NCBI GenBank assembly: GCA_964016885.1
Contig: OZ024741.1
Location: 193,502,001-193,566,000 of the forward strand
Direction of reading: 5' to 3'
Length of the DNA: 64,000 nucleotides
Source: Eledone cirrhosa
Lineage: Eukaryota
The notes below the pieces were generated by a model. It saw only the letters and a program-made list of their open reading frames with translations, was not told the origin of the DNA and made no database searches. Below, in pieces: positions 38,606 through 50,250 of this stretch (its first letter is position 1; every line of letters begins with the position of its first letter). A program made the position numbers and the translations under genes.

Positions 38606-39313
38606 TGTGGCTACAAAACAAAATTCTTAATGACATAGCCATGCTTGCACCCTAAAGAACTAAAAGAGGACCTGAACAGGTTAAGTGGCACAAATTTCAT
38701 TCCCTTACTAAATCATTTAAATAAAGGTTTTCTTTTTTTAAAATTAAAGATCAGAGAGCATGTAGTGTATGAGGTGAACATGCAGGACTAACTACATCGA
38801 TTCCTCGAAACACCAACTACATAACAGAATTCAAGAACATTTTCAAAAAGCAATGCCTTTGAGGACAGTGTTTCAACTCAGAACAAAGAGCAAAGAGACA
38901 TGGTAAACCTTTGAATAGCAGAGGCACATTATATTAGGAAGCAGGTCTACCCTAAACCATTGGAGTGACCCTGAAACATGGAAACACTTATATGCATACT
39001 AACCCAACAACAAGGCTAATAGATTGTAGCCACATGATATATATATATACAAGCATACATATCATCCCATCATATATGTATATATGATGGGATGAAATGT
39101 ATGTATGCTTGTATATATATATTTTGCCAATATAAACATCAGTGAGAAAACTAGAAAACTGATGTATTTCAAATGAAGTCACTTGAGATATTTGCTGTAA
39201 ACTGAATTACAACCAATCTTTCGCTTCTCACATTTGTGGGGAATATAGTGAACCTGTGCTTGCCTTTTGGAAACCTATAACAAACAATACTGAACATAAA
39301 TTTAATGAATAAA

Positions 39314-39655
39314 TGGAGGCACATGGCTTAGTGGTTAGAGCATTGGCCTTGCAATCGAAAGGTTGTGAGTTCAATTCTCAGACCGGGTGATGTGTTGTTT
39401 CCTTGAGCAAGGCACTTTATTTCACATTGCTCCAGTTTACTCAGCTGTAGAAATGAGATGATAGGGACTGGGGTCCCTATCATTCCACTGCAAAGTGGTC
39501 GTGGAGGTGCCACGGCAAAAAAGCACCCAGCACTCACTGTAAATGAGGTTGGTGTTAGGAAGGGCATCCAGCTGTAGAAATCAAGCCAGAATCAGTTCCC
39601 GTCCCACCCTTGCAAGCAGGGAAAAGTGGACGTAAAATGAAATGATGATGATGAT
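39314..39655 (+). mobile_element. GGAGGCACATGG-family SINE, third copy
   Basis: Near identity to 23958-24300. Confidence 0.9.
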
Positions 39656-40141
39656 TAAATGAAATAAATAAGACCCTTTGGAGGAATCCCAGAAGCCGAA
39701 ATGGGATTCCCCCAAAGGGTCTCTGGAGTAACGTTACTCGATAAAGTGCAAAACTCGGAGATCAGAGAGTCACTCCAAGTAGAGCAGCTACTTCTCAGAA
39801 TTGAGAGATCACAACTCCAATAGTACGGGCATGTGGTTAGAATGTCTCAGGAAAGAATCACTGGACAGATTTTATGGCAGGAGACCCGGGAGTAGACCCC
39901 CCCCCCCCCCCCCCCCCAAGCAAGATGGTTGGATAACATCCATGAGATTGGCTGGTCTCGCTTGGGGATCCAGCCGGGTCAGTGAGAGATGGTTGCTTCT
40001 GACAGGCCCTGCTGGAGAGTGTTTGAGGACTCTACCCCCCCCCCCATGAACTTCTCAGGAATCAGTAGATGGAAGAAGAGGAGGAGGAGGAGGAGGAGGA
40101 GGATGAAAAGAAGAAGAAATAAAAATAGAATTGATACTCAC

Positions 40142-40252
40142 CAGTTTCTCCCTGCGTATTTTGGCTTTTTCATTCCGTTGAGTATCGTAAACAGAAACTT
40201 TAAGTTCATTCAAACTATCCTCTAGAATTCGGTTGTCCAGAATCCTTCTGAC
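40142..40252 (-). CDS. DRC7: DRC7 coding exon
   Basis: tgtttag|GTCAGA...AAACTG|gtgagt; 111 nt; VRRILDNRILEDSLNELKVSVYDTQRNEKAKIRREKL matches the DRC7 motif SxYDTxRNEK. Confidence 0.9.
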
Positions 40253-40265
40253 CTAAACAAATAAT

Positions 40266-40659
40266 TGTTTCTACTTTAGGCACAAGGCCAGCAATTACCC
40301 AGTGCATTACTGGTACTTTATTTTATCGACCACGTAAGGATGAAAGGCAAAGTCAACCTCGGCGGGATTTGAACTCAGATCGTAAAGGGACGTAACTCTA
40401 TGCTGGAAAGCATGGCGTCCGACCCTCTACCGATACTGCCAATCCACCGCCAACAAATAATTGTTTCTACTTTTGGCACAAGGCCATCAATTATCCCAGT
40501 GCATTACTGGTACTTTATTTTATCGACCCCGTAAGGATGAAAGGCAAAGTCAACCTCGGCGGGATTTGAACTCAGATCGTAAAGGGACGTAACTCTATGC
40601 TGGAAAGCATGGCGTCCGACCCTCTACCGATACTGCCAATCCACCGACCCTCCACCGCC
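40266..40659 (-). mobile_element. Two tandem GGCGG-family SINEs next to a DRC7 splice acceptor
   Basis: Copies at 40266-40451 and 40462-40659, flanked and separated by AACAAATAAT (40256-65, 40452-61, 40660-69). Confidence 0.92.
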
Positions 40660-40969
40660 AACAAATAATGACAGAGAAACAAACACACATGCCGGTCTTC
40701 TTTCTCGCTCATCTTTACATTTACCTTCTTTAACACCATCATCACTATCCTCATCACCATTATCATCATCACCATCACTATCATCATCACCTTCATTACA
40801 ATTACCATCACAGTCCGTATCACCATCACTATCCCCCCCCCCTCCTCCCTTCAACGTCATCACGATCACTACCTTCATCTTCCTCAAATCCCCTTACTAT
40901 CATCACCATTATCACCATCATTATTATTATCATCATCATCATCATCATCCTCATCATCATCATCATCAT

Positions 40970-41035
<66 letters not shown>

Positions 41036-41940
41036 AACCAGCACAATCCTAAATTTTCATGAAAACTAGTTTACTTAGTTTATCAGAATGTACCAGCTAT
41101 ATACTGATGTAAATTGTGTTGCTCCTGTAGCTTTGTTGGGGGTGGGGACAAGAACCATAATCTATTTACCCATAAGGGCAGAATAGGAGGCTTTGTAATG
41201 CTCCTACAAGCCTATGTCACATTGAATCTCTCTAAGAATTATATTAACTCTTAACATCCTGTAGCACATGAAACCATATAAACAAAACATTCTTGAAACG
41301 TACAAAAGAGCACTATCATTGCATCATATTAAAAATCCAAGACTTCATGATGTATCTACAAGTAATGATACTATACACATCTTAACCCCGTCTAACCCAT
41401 GCTAGCGTGGAAGAACAGACGTAAAATGGTGATGATGATGATGATGATGATCTTAATTAACAAAGCATTTTTTTTTTTTTAGATATTTTCTACTAAATTC
41501 ATTGCAGGATGTTAAAAGTTAAGGGTACATGCTTTGGAATGCTCAGCCACTTGCATGTTAATTTCACCAGCAGAAGTTAAACATGCACACACATGTAGGT
41601 CGTCATTGGTGTAACAAGCTATGTGGTCCTTGAATCTACTAGAAATAGAAGCCTAACCCCAACCCCTTTAAACTGGAAATGAAGGACACACTTAGATATT
41701 ATAATCTTCATTAAAATGAATTTGTTCATATGTCTACTCATGCAGGCTTGACCTATGACTAAACAATAACAACATCTATCTCCTTTCCTTCTCTCCTCTA
41801 ACTCTCATTCCATCTCTACCTCTCAATCCCTTTCTAACTCCCTCCCTCCATCCCCCTCTCACTTTCTCATTCTCTCTCAAATGTCCAGTTACTCTCTGAA
41901 ACACTAAAAAAAAAAAAACTTTCTCTCCAATGTTACTTAC

Positions 41941-42051
41941 TTCTGCTTCAGACCGCCTGGTATCATCTTTGCTATCAAACTCATCAGTTATCATCTTCCT
42001 GACAAAGTTGTACACATCAATTTCTCGATTTATACAACCTTCTTCCCCTAC
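41941..42051 (-). CDS. DRC7: DRC7 (CCDC135) internal coding exon, most 5' exon found in the window
   Basis: ttacag|GTAGGG...GCAGAA|gtaagt; 111 nt, phase 0/0; VGEEGCINREIDVYNFVRKMITDEFDSKDDTRRSEAE; joins in frame to the 40142-40252 exon. Similarity to DRC7 is weak for this exon alone. Confidence 0.75.
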
Positions 42052-42211
42052 CTGTAAGATATTGACATACATCATATATAAAAATGTGTGTGTGTGTTTG
42101 TGTACAATAAGAAGAATCTAGTGTAATGTGAAATGGTAATCCAATCAGATATATATATAGAAAACCAATCTAAAATGATGATGATGATATATATATATAT
42201 ATATATATATG

Positions 42212-45200
42212 TATGACATTAAACTGCATCCAGTGGCAAGGCTCCAATTTGGGAGTTCAGGAGCTGTGGGTAATGTGGAGTTACCCCTTAGTTGTTATCA
42301 ATCCCAGGTCTGCTCTGGCCCAGAGTAGTAGTACCTATTAGAGCCCCATTTATGGGTTAAATAATTACCCTATTCGAGTGGTGCTGGTAAGGTATTATCA
42401 GCCATTGAAAAGAACCATGGAGAGTGTCTTTAACAGCATTAGAGTTAGAACCCCTAACTACACTGTCAAGGAGCAGTCTGGACGTTACGACTCTGCTAGT
42501 TTAGAGACACAGGGAGGGCCAGTGGATGATGGATCAGCTATCTTTGAGACAAATATAAAGAATGCAGTTTTGTCTTGCAGAAGAGCCATTAAAATCGGCA
42601 CTTTGAATGTGGGGACTGTTTGGATGCTGGAGAAGAAAGAGGAGTTGGGTCATCTGTGCAAGGAGAGTGGTATGCAGATACTTGCGACCCAAGAACACAG
42701 GATCCTACCTGATGAGCCTGTGGGGAGAATGATGAGTGGGACGAGGAGCCAGCTCATCACCACCTCAGCAGTGAGGAATACAACTAATGCTGCAGTAGGA
42801 GGAGTGGGTTTTGTGTTCAGTGCAAAAACTAATTTATTGGTGAGGGAAATCATACCTGTCTCCCCGCAAGTGTTGTGGGTGACCTTCAATGGAAACCTAA
42901 GACTGACAGTCATCTCAGCCTATAGTCTGACTGAGGGAGACAGTGATGTGAATGCAGAGGAGTTCCATGAGGAAGTGTGTAGAGCTGTCAACACCACACC
43001 AGCTCAATGCACATCTGAGTAAGGATATCAGTGAAGAACCTTGCTGGTACTTCCATAACAACACCAACCAAAATAGAAGACTACTGAGAGACACCCTGCT
43101 GGAGGTGAACTTGATGGCAACCAACCTAAGGTTTAGGAAGAATCCAGGAAAGATGTGGACCTACATCTCAGATATGCACCTGTCCAAGTCCCAGATTGAT
43201 TTCATTCTGGTGAGGAAAAAGTGGCGGAATAATGTTCTGAATACAGAACCATAGAATTATTTCAGTACTCTGGGTAGTGACCACCAGCTTGTTATGAGTG
43301 AGGTCCGGGTGAGCTTAAGAAAGAGTAAGGCTCAGCCCAGGAGAGCAATCTATGACTGGGGAGCTTTCAAGGAAGATGATAAGCTACAGGAGAGGTTCAC
43401 AGTAGAAGTAAGGAACAGGTTCAGTGCTCTGTGTGGAGAGGCAGAGGAGAGAGATATTAGAGGGACTGAGGAGAGTGTGACAAGGAGGTATGGGTACTTC
43501 ACCAATGCAATGGCAGAAGCAAGTGAGACCCTGGTGCTGAGGAGAAAGAACAAGAGGAAGCATGTCAGCTCTGCAGACCCAAAAGTGTGTGCAGCCGGAG
43601 AGCACCTGAAAGCTGCCAAGGACCAATTCTATGCTGAACCTACGGAGGAGAGGAAGGAGAATATGGAGGTGATGAGGGAAGAACTCTGTACCACTTACAC
43701 TGAGGCCAAAGAAGAGGCACTGATAGAGAAGATAAGAAGTGTGGAGAGAGCGGTTGGCAGGTCTGGATGTAAGGAGAGCTGGATGATCATCAACGAGATC
43801 ACAGGGAGGAAGAGAGGGGGTTCGAGTCAGATCCAGGGAACAGGGCCCAAGGATAGGAAGAGGAAATGGCTGGACCATTTTAGGACCCTACTAGGAGAGC
43901 TGTTCTCCACAGCCCAGAACACTGGGGAAATCAGGCAGCTGTTTAAGGAACTGGATATTGAGACAGGACCTTTCACCACAGAGGAGCTTCAGAGAACCAA
44001 GAAAATCAAAGAGGGCAAGGCCCATTAAAAAGATGGAGTGGCATCAGAGGTGATGAAGAGGTGTGATTTTGATGATATCATCCTGGAGTTCTGTAACCAG
44101 GCACTGGAGAAAGGAGTTGCCCCGAATCAGTAGAGGATCAGCAACATCGTCCCAGTGCCAAAGAAGAGAGATTTCTCTAACACCAACAACTACAGGGGGA
44201 TCACAACTATAGGGGGATCACGACACTTGTGGCAAAGACCCTCAACAGGATGATTCGAAACAGGATCCAGCCCAAGATGGAGAAGAAGCTCAGGAACAAC
44301 CAGAACAGCTTCAGAGAGGGAAGATCAACCACCAGTCACATCCTGATGCTGAGGAGGATATTAGAGGGAGCTAGAGCAAAGAGTCTTCTTGCTGTCATGG
44401 TTTTCATTGACTTTAGGAAGGCCTTTGATTCTGTTGACCATTACTGCCTGATGAAGATATTACAGGCTTATGGAATCCCCAAGAAGATAGTGGACCTGAC
44501 ATCACTGTTCTACACCAACACCAAGACTCTGGCTTTACTGTAGCACCGGCTCAGAGCAGGAGAGTTAAGGCGAAAAAGATATCAGATGCTGAATTTCTTG
44601 ACGACATAGTTCTGGTAACAAACTCAGTGAAGGAGGCAGAAGAGTTGATGCAGGAGGTGGAGACTGTGTTGATGAGTGTGGGGCTGAGAATAAATGAAAT
44701 TAAGACGAAGTATCTGGTAGAGAATATTAAGAAGCCAGAGAAGATTATGAATGTAGGCGGGAAGCTGCTAGAGTTGGTTGAGGACTTCTTGTATCTGAGA
44801 GCAAAGATTGGGAACACAGAGGATAATGTGGTTGAGAAGAAGATCAAAGCATGGGCAGTGTGCTACAATTTAAGATCGGTGTGGAAGTTGGACCTTCATA
44901 AAGACCTGAAGATCCGTCTCTTTGTTGCTACAGTGGAGTCTGTGCTACTGTACAGGTCTGAGACTTGGACACTAACCAAGAAACTCACTCAGATGGTGGA
45001 TGGGTGCTACAGGAGAATGCTGAGGATGGCTCTGAACATTAATCAGTATACACTGAGGATGAAGAACTCAGAGCTGCACGGGAGCCTCCCAAAAGTCAGC
45101 TCAAAAGTAACACAGAGGAGACTGAGGTTAGCTGGACATGCTCACCAACATTCAGAATTGATACTGCACTCAGTTGCACTCAGTGCTCCTGTGGAATCCC

Positions 45201-45360
45201 CTACATGGACACACTAGAAGAAGGAGACTGAGGTTGACATATGTTGATGCCCTAAGGACAGACACAGGTCTCTTGGAGATGCAGAACATGGCAGTGATGA
45301 TGAAGGACAGAGACCATTAGAGAGAACTCGTCCATGGATCTTGGGAATTTCACCCACCCT

Positions 45361-45361
<1 letters not shown>
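42212..45361 (+). mobile_element. Near full-length decayed RTE-X-like LINE inserted in (TA)n
   Basis: IGTLNV, ATQEHR, SQIDFILV, AKTLNRMIRNRI, FIDFRKAFDS, ESVLLY.SETWT, RRLRLAGH; RT core partly deleted near 44530; TA runs on both sides. Confidence 0.88.
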
Positions 45362-45398
<37 letters not shown>

Positions 45399-45400
<2 letters not shown>

Positions 45401-45634
45401 CTTATGCCAAAATCTAATTTTAGGGGAGTATAAAATAAGTTAGTCTAACTCATATAATTGTCTCCCTATCATGGTTTTAAGAATAAAAGAAAAAATAGCA
45501 GCCATTTCAAATCATTGGAATAACCAATATTAGAAGAACTTATTCTATGGTAGTGAGATGATTATATGAGTTAAGCTAACTTATTTTAGTCAGACTGACT
45601 TATACTCCCCTAAATTGAGATTTTGGCATAAGTT
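45399..45634. repeat. Fold-back / MITE-like element with long terminal inverted repeats
   Basis: aacttatgccaaaatct...taggggagtata pairs with tatactcccctaaa...agattttggcataagtt; inner arms also complementary (taactcatataat / attatatgagtta). Confidence 0.75.
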
Positions 45635-45745
45635 TAATGTTAAACTACTTCTCTGAGTGATATTCTATCTGTATATTTTATCCATCCATTGAGGTGTCTA
45701 TGTATGAAAGACAAATAACTTTCTAATTAATATATATATATATAT

Positions 45746-45786
<41 letters not shown>

Positions 45787-45999
45787 TTTACATCTGCTTT
45801 TCCCTGCTTGCAAGTGTGCAACAGGTCCTCTTCAGCACAGCATCTCTCCATTTGTCACGGTCCTTCATCATCTCCTCTGTGAGCTACAGCATTCTGAAGT
45901 CAGCTCTCACCACCTCCATCCATGTTTTATATATATATATATATCATTTATATTGGTTGGTTTACCAAATGGGTAATCATTCCGATAAGCAGATTGTGA

Positions 46000-46578
46000 T
46001 GAAATAAGCAAAAGCACTCAACGTTATGCATATCTTCTATCATAGATGTGGTATCTCAAGAATATTCTTTTAATGTTGTAAAATGATGATATATATTTCT
46101 ATGGCTGACAGGTCCACATCATCAGGTCATGACACGAGACATATGGCAATGTCTTTAGGTGTAATTCACATAAAAGATTGAAAGGTTAAGTAATCAATTA
46201 CTGGATTACAGCAAAATATAAGCAAAGAATTGATAGGGAAGTGGTCCATCGGTCAGTGCAACCTCAGTGACATACAACCATCATTGAGGTCAATTGAGCA
46301 TCATCCCCTAATTTAGCAAACATGTCAGCATGAATGTCTTTGGAGGCTAAACCCTCTGCAGGTACTTGATAACACCACAATGCCAAATTTTGTGCATTTT
46401 CAAGAAAAGTCACTACTAGTTACTTTTGAAGTCTTGTTTGAACAATCAGATGTCAGTTTGCCTTGAAAGAGACAATGCAATTATTAATAAGAAGAGTTGA
46501 AATTAATGCATGCAAGATTTCATAGCACTAGCATCACTCCTCCATAGTCAGACTATGAACTTTTCAGCTCACCCTCGT
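46000..46578 (-). mobile_element. Mariner DNA transposon remnant (left TIR plus transposase N-terminus)
   Basis: Minus strand starts acgagggtgagctgaaaagttc (mariner-like TIR); MHKIWHCGVIKYLQ..LASKDIHADMFAKLGDDA resembles a mariner HTH. Confidence 0.7.
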
Positions 46579-47468
46579 TCAAAGTCCTTCCCTGGTGAAG
46601 AATACACCACTCAATATAGACTGGAGATTAGAGATATCGGGGCAAGAATAAGACACATGAAGTAACTAAAGGCAATCTGGAAAAGAAAAACATGGAAACT
46701 CAAAGAACCAACAAACACACATATGTTTAGGGACATATTGAAGACCTTGACAAGGAAGATGGGAGATTAAAGTCCTATAACACAGAGAAACTTTGGAAAA
46801 TCCTTCAAGTCAACCTGCTGAAGGCCACAGATGTGGTATTTGGTTGAGGCAAGGTACTAGCCAGATGAAAGGTGATATGGTGTTGGAACAGTACTGTAGT
46901 CAGTCAGAAAAGCCAGGGGTAACAATGAATTATTCCAAGCAGTTAGAAGAGAAGCTAATTTTTTCTCTTTTTGGGGAGGGGATAGCTAATACTTTATTTT
47001 TCACGGAGAGAGGAAGTAGTGTGTTGCATCTCCATCAGTTCAGAAGGTGAATACTTCAGCTAATTTGATTAATTTGATCAACAGAACAGCCTGCTCATAA
47101 AATTAATGTGCAAGTCTCTGAACATTCCACAAACAGATATACGTGTATATATTATTATTTTTTATAAGCAGACAGTATTATTGATTTAGGTGTCGCAGAA
47201 ACCCTATAACGGATTTTACCATCATTCCCAAGGGCCCGGGAAAATATTTCAATCATATCTTATTTTGTTTCACACGCTTAGCTTGCTCGCTTTTTTGGCT
47301 TAGGTGGTTAATGGCTTCTTAAACATCGTCTCAGTTTTGTATGGCCTTTTTAACTTATGTTTATAGCTCTGGTATCTTCATATCCATTGAGCGCTTGCCA
47401 ACACAATTCGGAAGGTGTGTTTCGCTAATTTCTACTCGCCAAAATGCGATTCTCGCTAAATTTATATT

Positions 47469-47510
<42 letters not shown>

Positions 47511-47542
<32 letters not shown>

Positions 47543-48855
47543 GTCATCGTTTTACGTCCATTCTTCCATGCTAGCATGGGTTAGACAGGATATCCTGTTG
47601 TGGGCAGTGTCCAGTCAGCTGATCTTGTCTTGTTCATACTGGAACTGTTCTGGCTTGATTTCTACAGCTGGATGCCCTTCCTAACACCAACCTCATTTAC
47701 AGTGTGGGCTGGGTGCTTTTTTTCCGTGGCGCCTACACGACCACTTTGCAGTGGGAGGGGGTGAGGGCATATTGTCTATAGGCTTCAGCTTCGGCTTGTA
47801 CCCATAGGGAGTCGGGTCTTCTGTATTACTGCATGACGCCAGAGGTCATAGTCCTGTGTCATAGCCTTTGAGAGGTGCAATTGGGCAAAGTCGGTTTTGA
47901 TCACCTCATCCCAGGTCTTCTTGGGTCTCCCCACTCCGCGGCTTCCATCGACTTCTAGTGCTCTGCACCTTTTTATGCAGATGTCATCCTTCATATGCAT
48001 CACATGCCCATACCAACACAACCTCCTCTCCTGCACACAACATTTGATTCCTTTCATGCTCAGTCTCTCTCTTAATTCGTTTATACTTACTATTACACAT
48101 CCATCAGAGAATGCAAGCTTCGTTTCTTTCTAATCTATGCAAGTCTTCTACAGACAGTGCCCAAGTCTCACTACCATGTAACATTGCTGTTCGTATGCAT
48201 GCATCATACAGTCTGCCTTTCATTTTGAGGGAAAAGCCTTTTGCAGCTAGCAGTGGCAATAGCTCCATGAACTTCTTCCATCCCATTCTTACCCTATTTA
48301 CTGTACTTTCCGAATGCCCACCTCCACTGCTAATTCGGTCACATAGGTAGCAGAAGCTGTCTACTGTTTCTACAGAGCTCTCCCAGATTTTGGTAGTGCT
48401 TGTTTCCTGTGGCCATTTGCTACTTGCTGTCCCAGTGCAGCTGCTAGATGTGAAGCCTACATTCTTAGCTAAGCTTCCTGAGATCCCACAACATCTCTTG
48501 TGTACCCATTGTTTGCATTTGGGGCAAAGAATGGAGTTCCTACCTACACATTTCCTACATACTGAGCATGGCCATTTACCTGAGGAGATCTGGGTTCTGT
48601 TTTCTCGTCTACTTACGAGGACCTTAGTCTTTGTCAGGTTGACTTTGATACCCTTTCTTTCTAGTCCCTGCTTCCATGTTTGGAATTTCTTCTCTAGTTC
48701 CACCATAGATTCAGCCATAAGTGTGAGATCATAGGCATATAGGAGTTCCCATGGGCATCCGGTCTTAAACTCCTCCGTTATTGCCTGCAATACTATAATG
48801 AATAGGAGAGGGTTAAGAACAGAGCCCTGGTGGACACCAACCTGTATGCTAAATT
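47511..48855 (-). mobile_element. 5'-truncated RTE (same subfamily as 26548-29669), disabled
   Basis: QAITEEFKTGCPWELLYAYD, PHD finger, 3' UTR and (TGA)n tail; frameshift near 48100. Confidence 0.93.
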
Positions 48856-48871
48856 CCTATATATATATATA

Positions 48872-50250
48872 TCATCATCATCATCATCATCATTTTACGT
48901 CCGCTTTTTCCTGCTTGCAAGGGTGGGATGGGTCTTATTCAGCACAGCATCTCTCCACTTGTCACGGTCCTTCGTCATCTCCACTGTGAGCTTCAGCGAT
49001 CTGAGGTCTGTTCTCACCACATCCACCCATGTTTTTCGTGGTCTACCTCTACCACGTCTTCCTTCAACTGGCATTTCCTGGCACTTCTTCACCCATCAGT
49101 CATCCTCCATGCGTATCACATGCCCATACCACCTCAGTCTCCTCTCTCACACACTACATTCTATCCCTCTCAGACACAGTTTCTCTCTCAACACATTCAT
49201 GCTGGGTCGTTCACGCACGTTGACATTGTACATCCAACGGAGCATGCTTGCCTCATTTCTCTACAGCTGTTGCATATCCTCTGCAGTTGCTACCCATGTC
49301 TCACTACCATGCAGCATCGCGCTCCTCACACAGGCATCATATAACCGGCCTTTCGTACGCAGGGAGAAACCCTTCTTCGTCAGCAGAGGAAGCAGCTCCC
49401 TAAACTTCTTCCAACCTGTCCTTATTCTAGATACTATGGCCTCTGAACACCCTCCCCTCCCCCCCCCCCCCCCATCCTATGCTAATCTGATCTCCTAGGT
49501 ACAGGAAGCTATCCACCACTTCTATAGCACCTATAGCATTGTGTGCATTTTATAGAATTTATGCCAGCTCCTTTTCTGCATATCGAACATGGTCATTTCC
49601 CTGACGGAATCAGAGTTTTGTCCTCTTTTCTACTCATCAACACTTTTGTCTTAGCTAGGTTCACTCTCAGTCCTCTTGCTTCCAACTGCTGTTTCCATAG
49701 CCAGAATTTATTCTCTAGCTCCTCTACTGATTCTGCTATAAGAACCAGATCGTCAGCATAGAGAAGTTCCCATGGACAGCCAGTCTTAAACTCCTCTGTT
49801 ATGGCTTGGAGGACTATAATGAACAAGAGCGGGCTGAGGACTGAACCTTGATGTACTCCTACTTGTATCTGGAATTCCTCACTAAACTCCATCCCTACCC
49901 TGACTTTACTGACAGTACCTCTGTACAAAGTTTGCACTGTCCTCACAAGCCATTCTTCTACACCTAGTTTCCTTAGGGACCACCAGATGACAGATCGGGG
50001 TACCCTATCAAAGGCCTTCTCTAGGTCAACAAAGGCTAAGTATAGTGGCTTATTTTTCTCTAAGAACCTCTCTTGTAATTGTCTTACCAAGAAGAGGGCA
50101 TCTATTGTACTCTTCCCAGGCACAAAACCAAACTGCATCTCATCTAGTTTGACCCTTTCTCTAATTAGTTATGCTAATATCCTTTCTGCCACTTTCATAA
50201 CCTGATCCATCAGTTTTATACCCCTATAATTGCTCCTCTCCAGAGCATCC
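48872..50250 (-). mobile_element. RTE (short-3'UTR subfamily), 3' half
   Basis: DALERSNYRG, MQFGFVPGKS...LYADD; ends cccttgcaagcagg..(TGA)n. Confidence 0.93.

Noticed and set aside
39170-39290. Possible extra DRC7 exon
   Set aside because: Flanking exons already join in frame with DRC7-like continuity; no clear splice pair.
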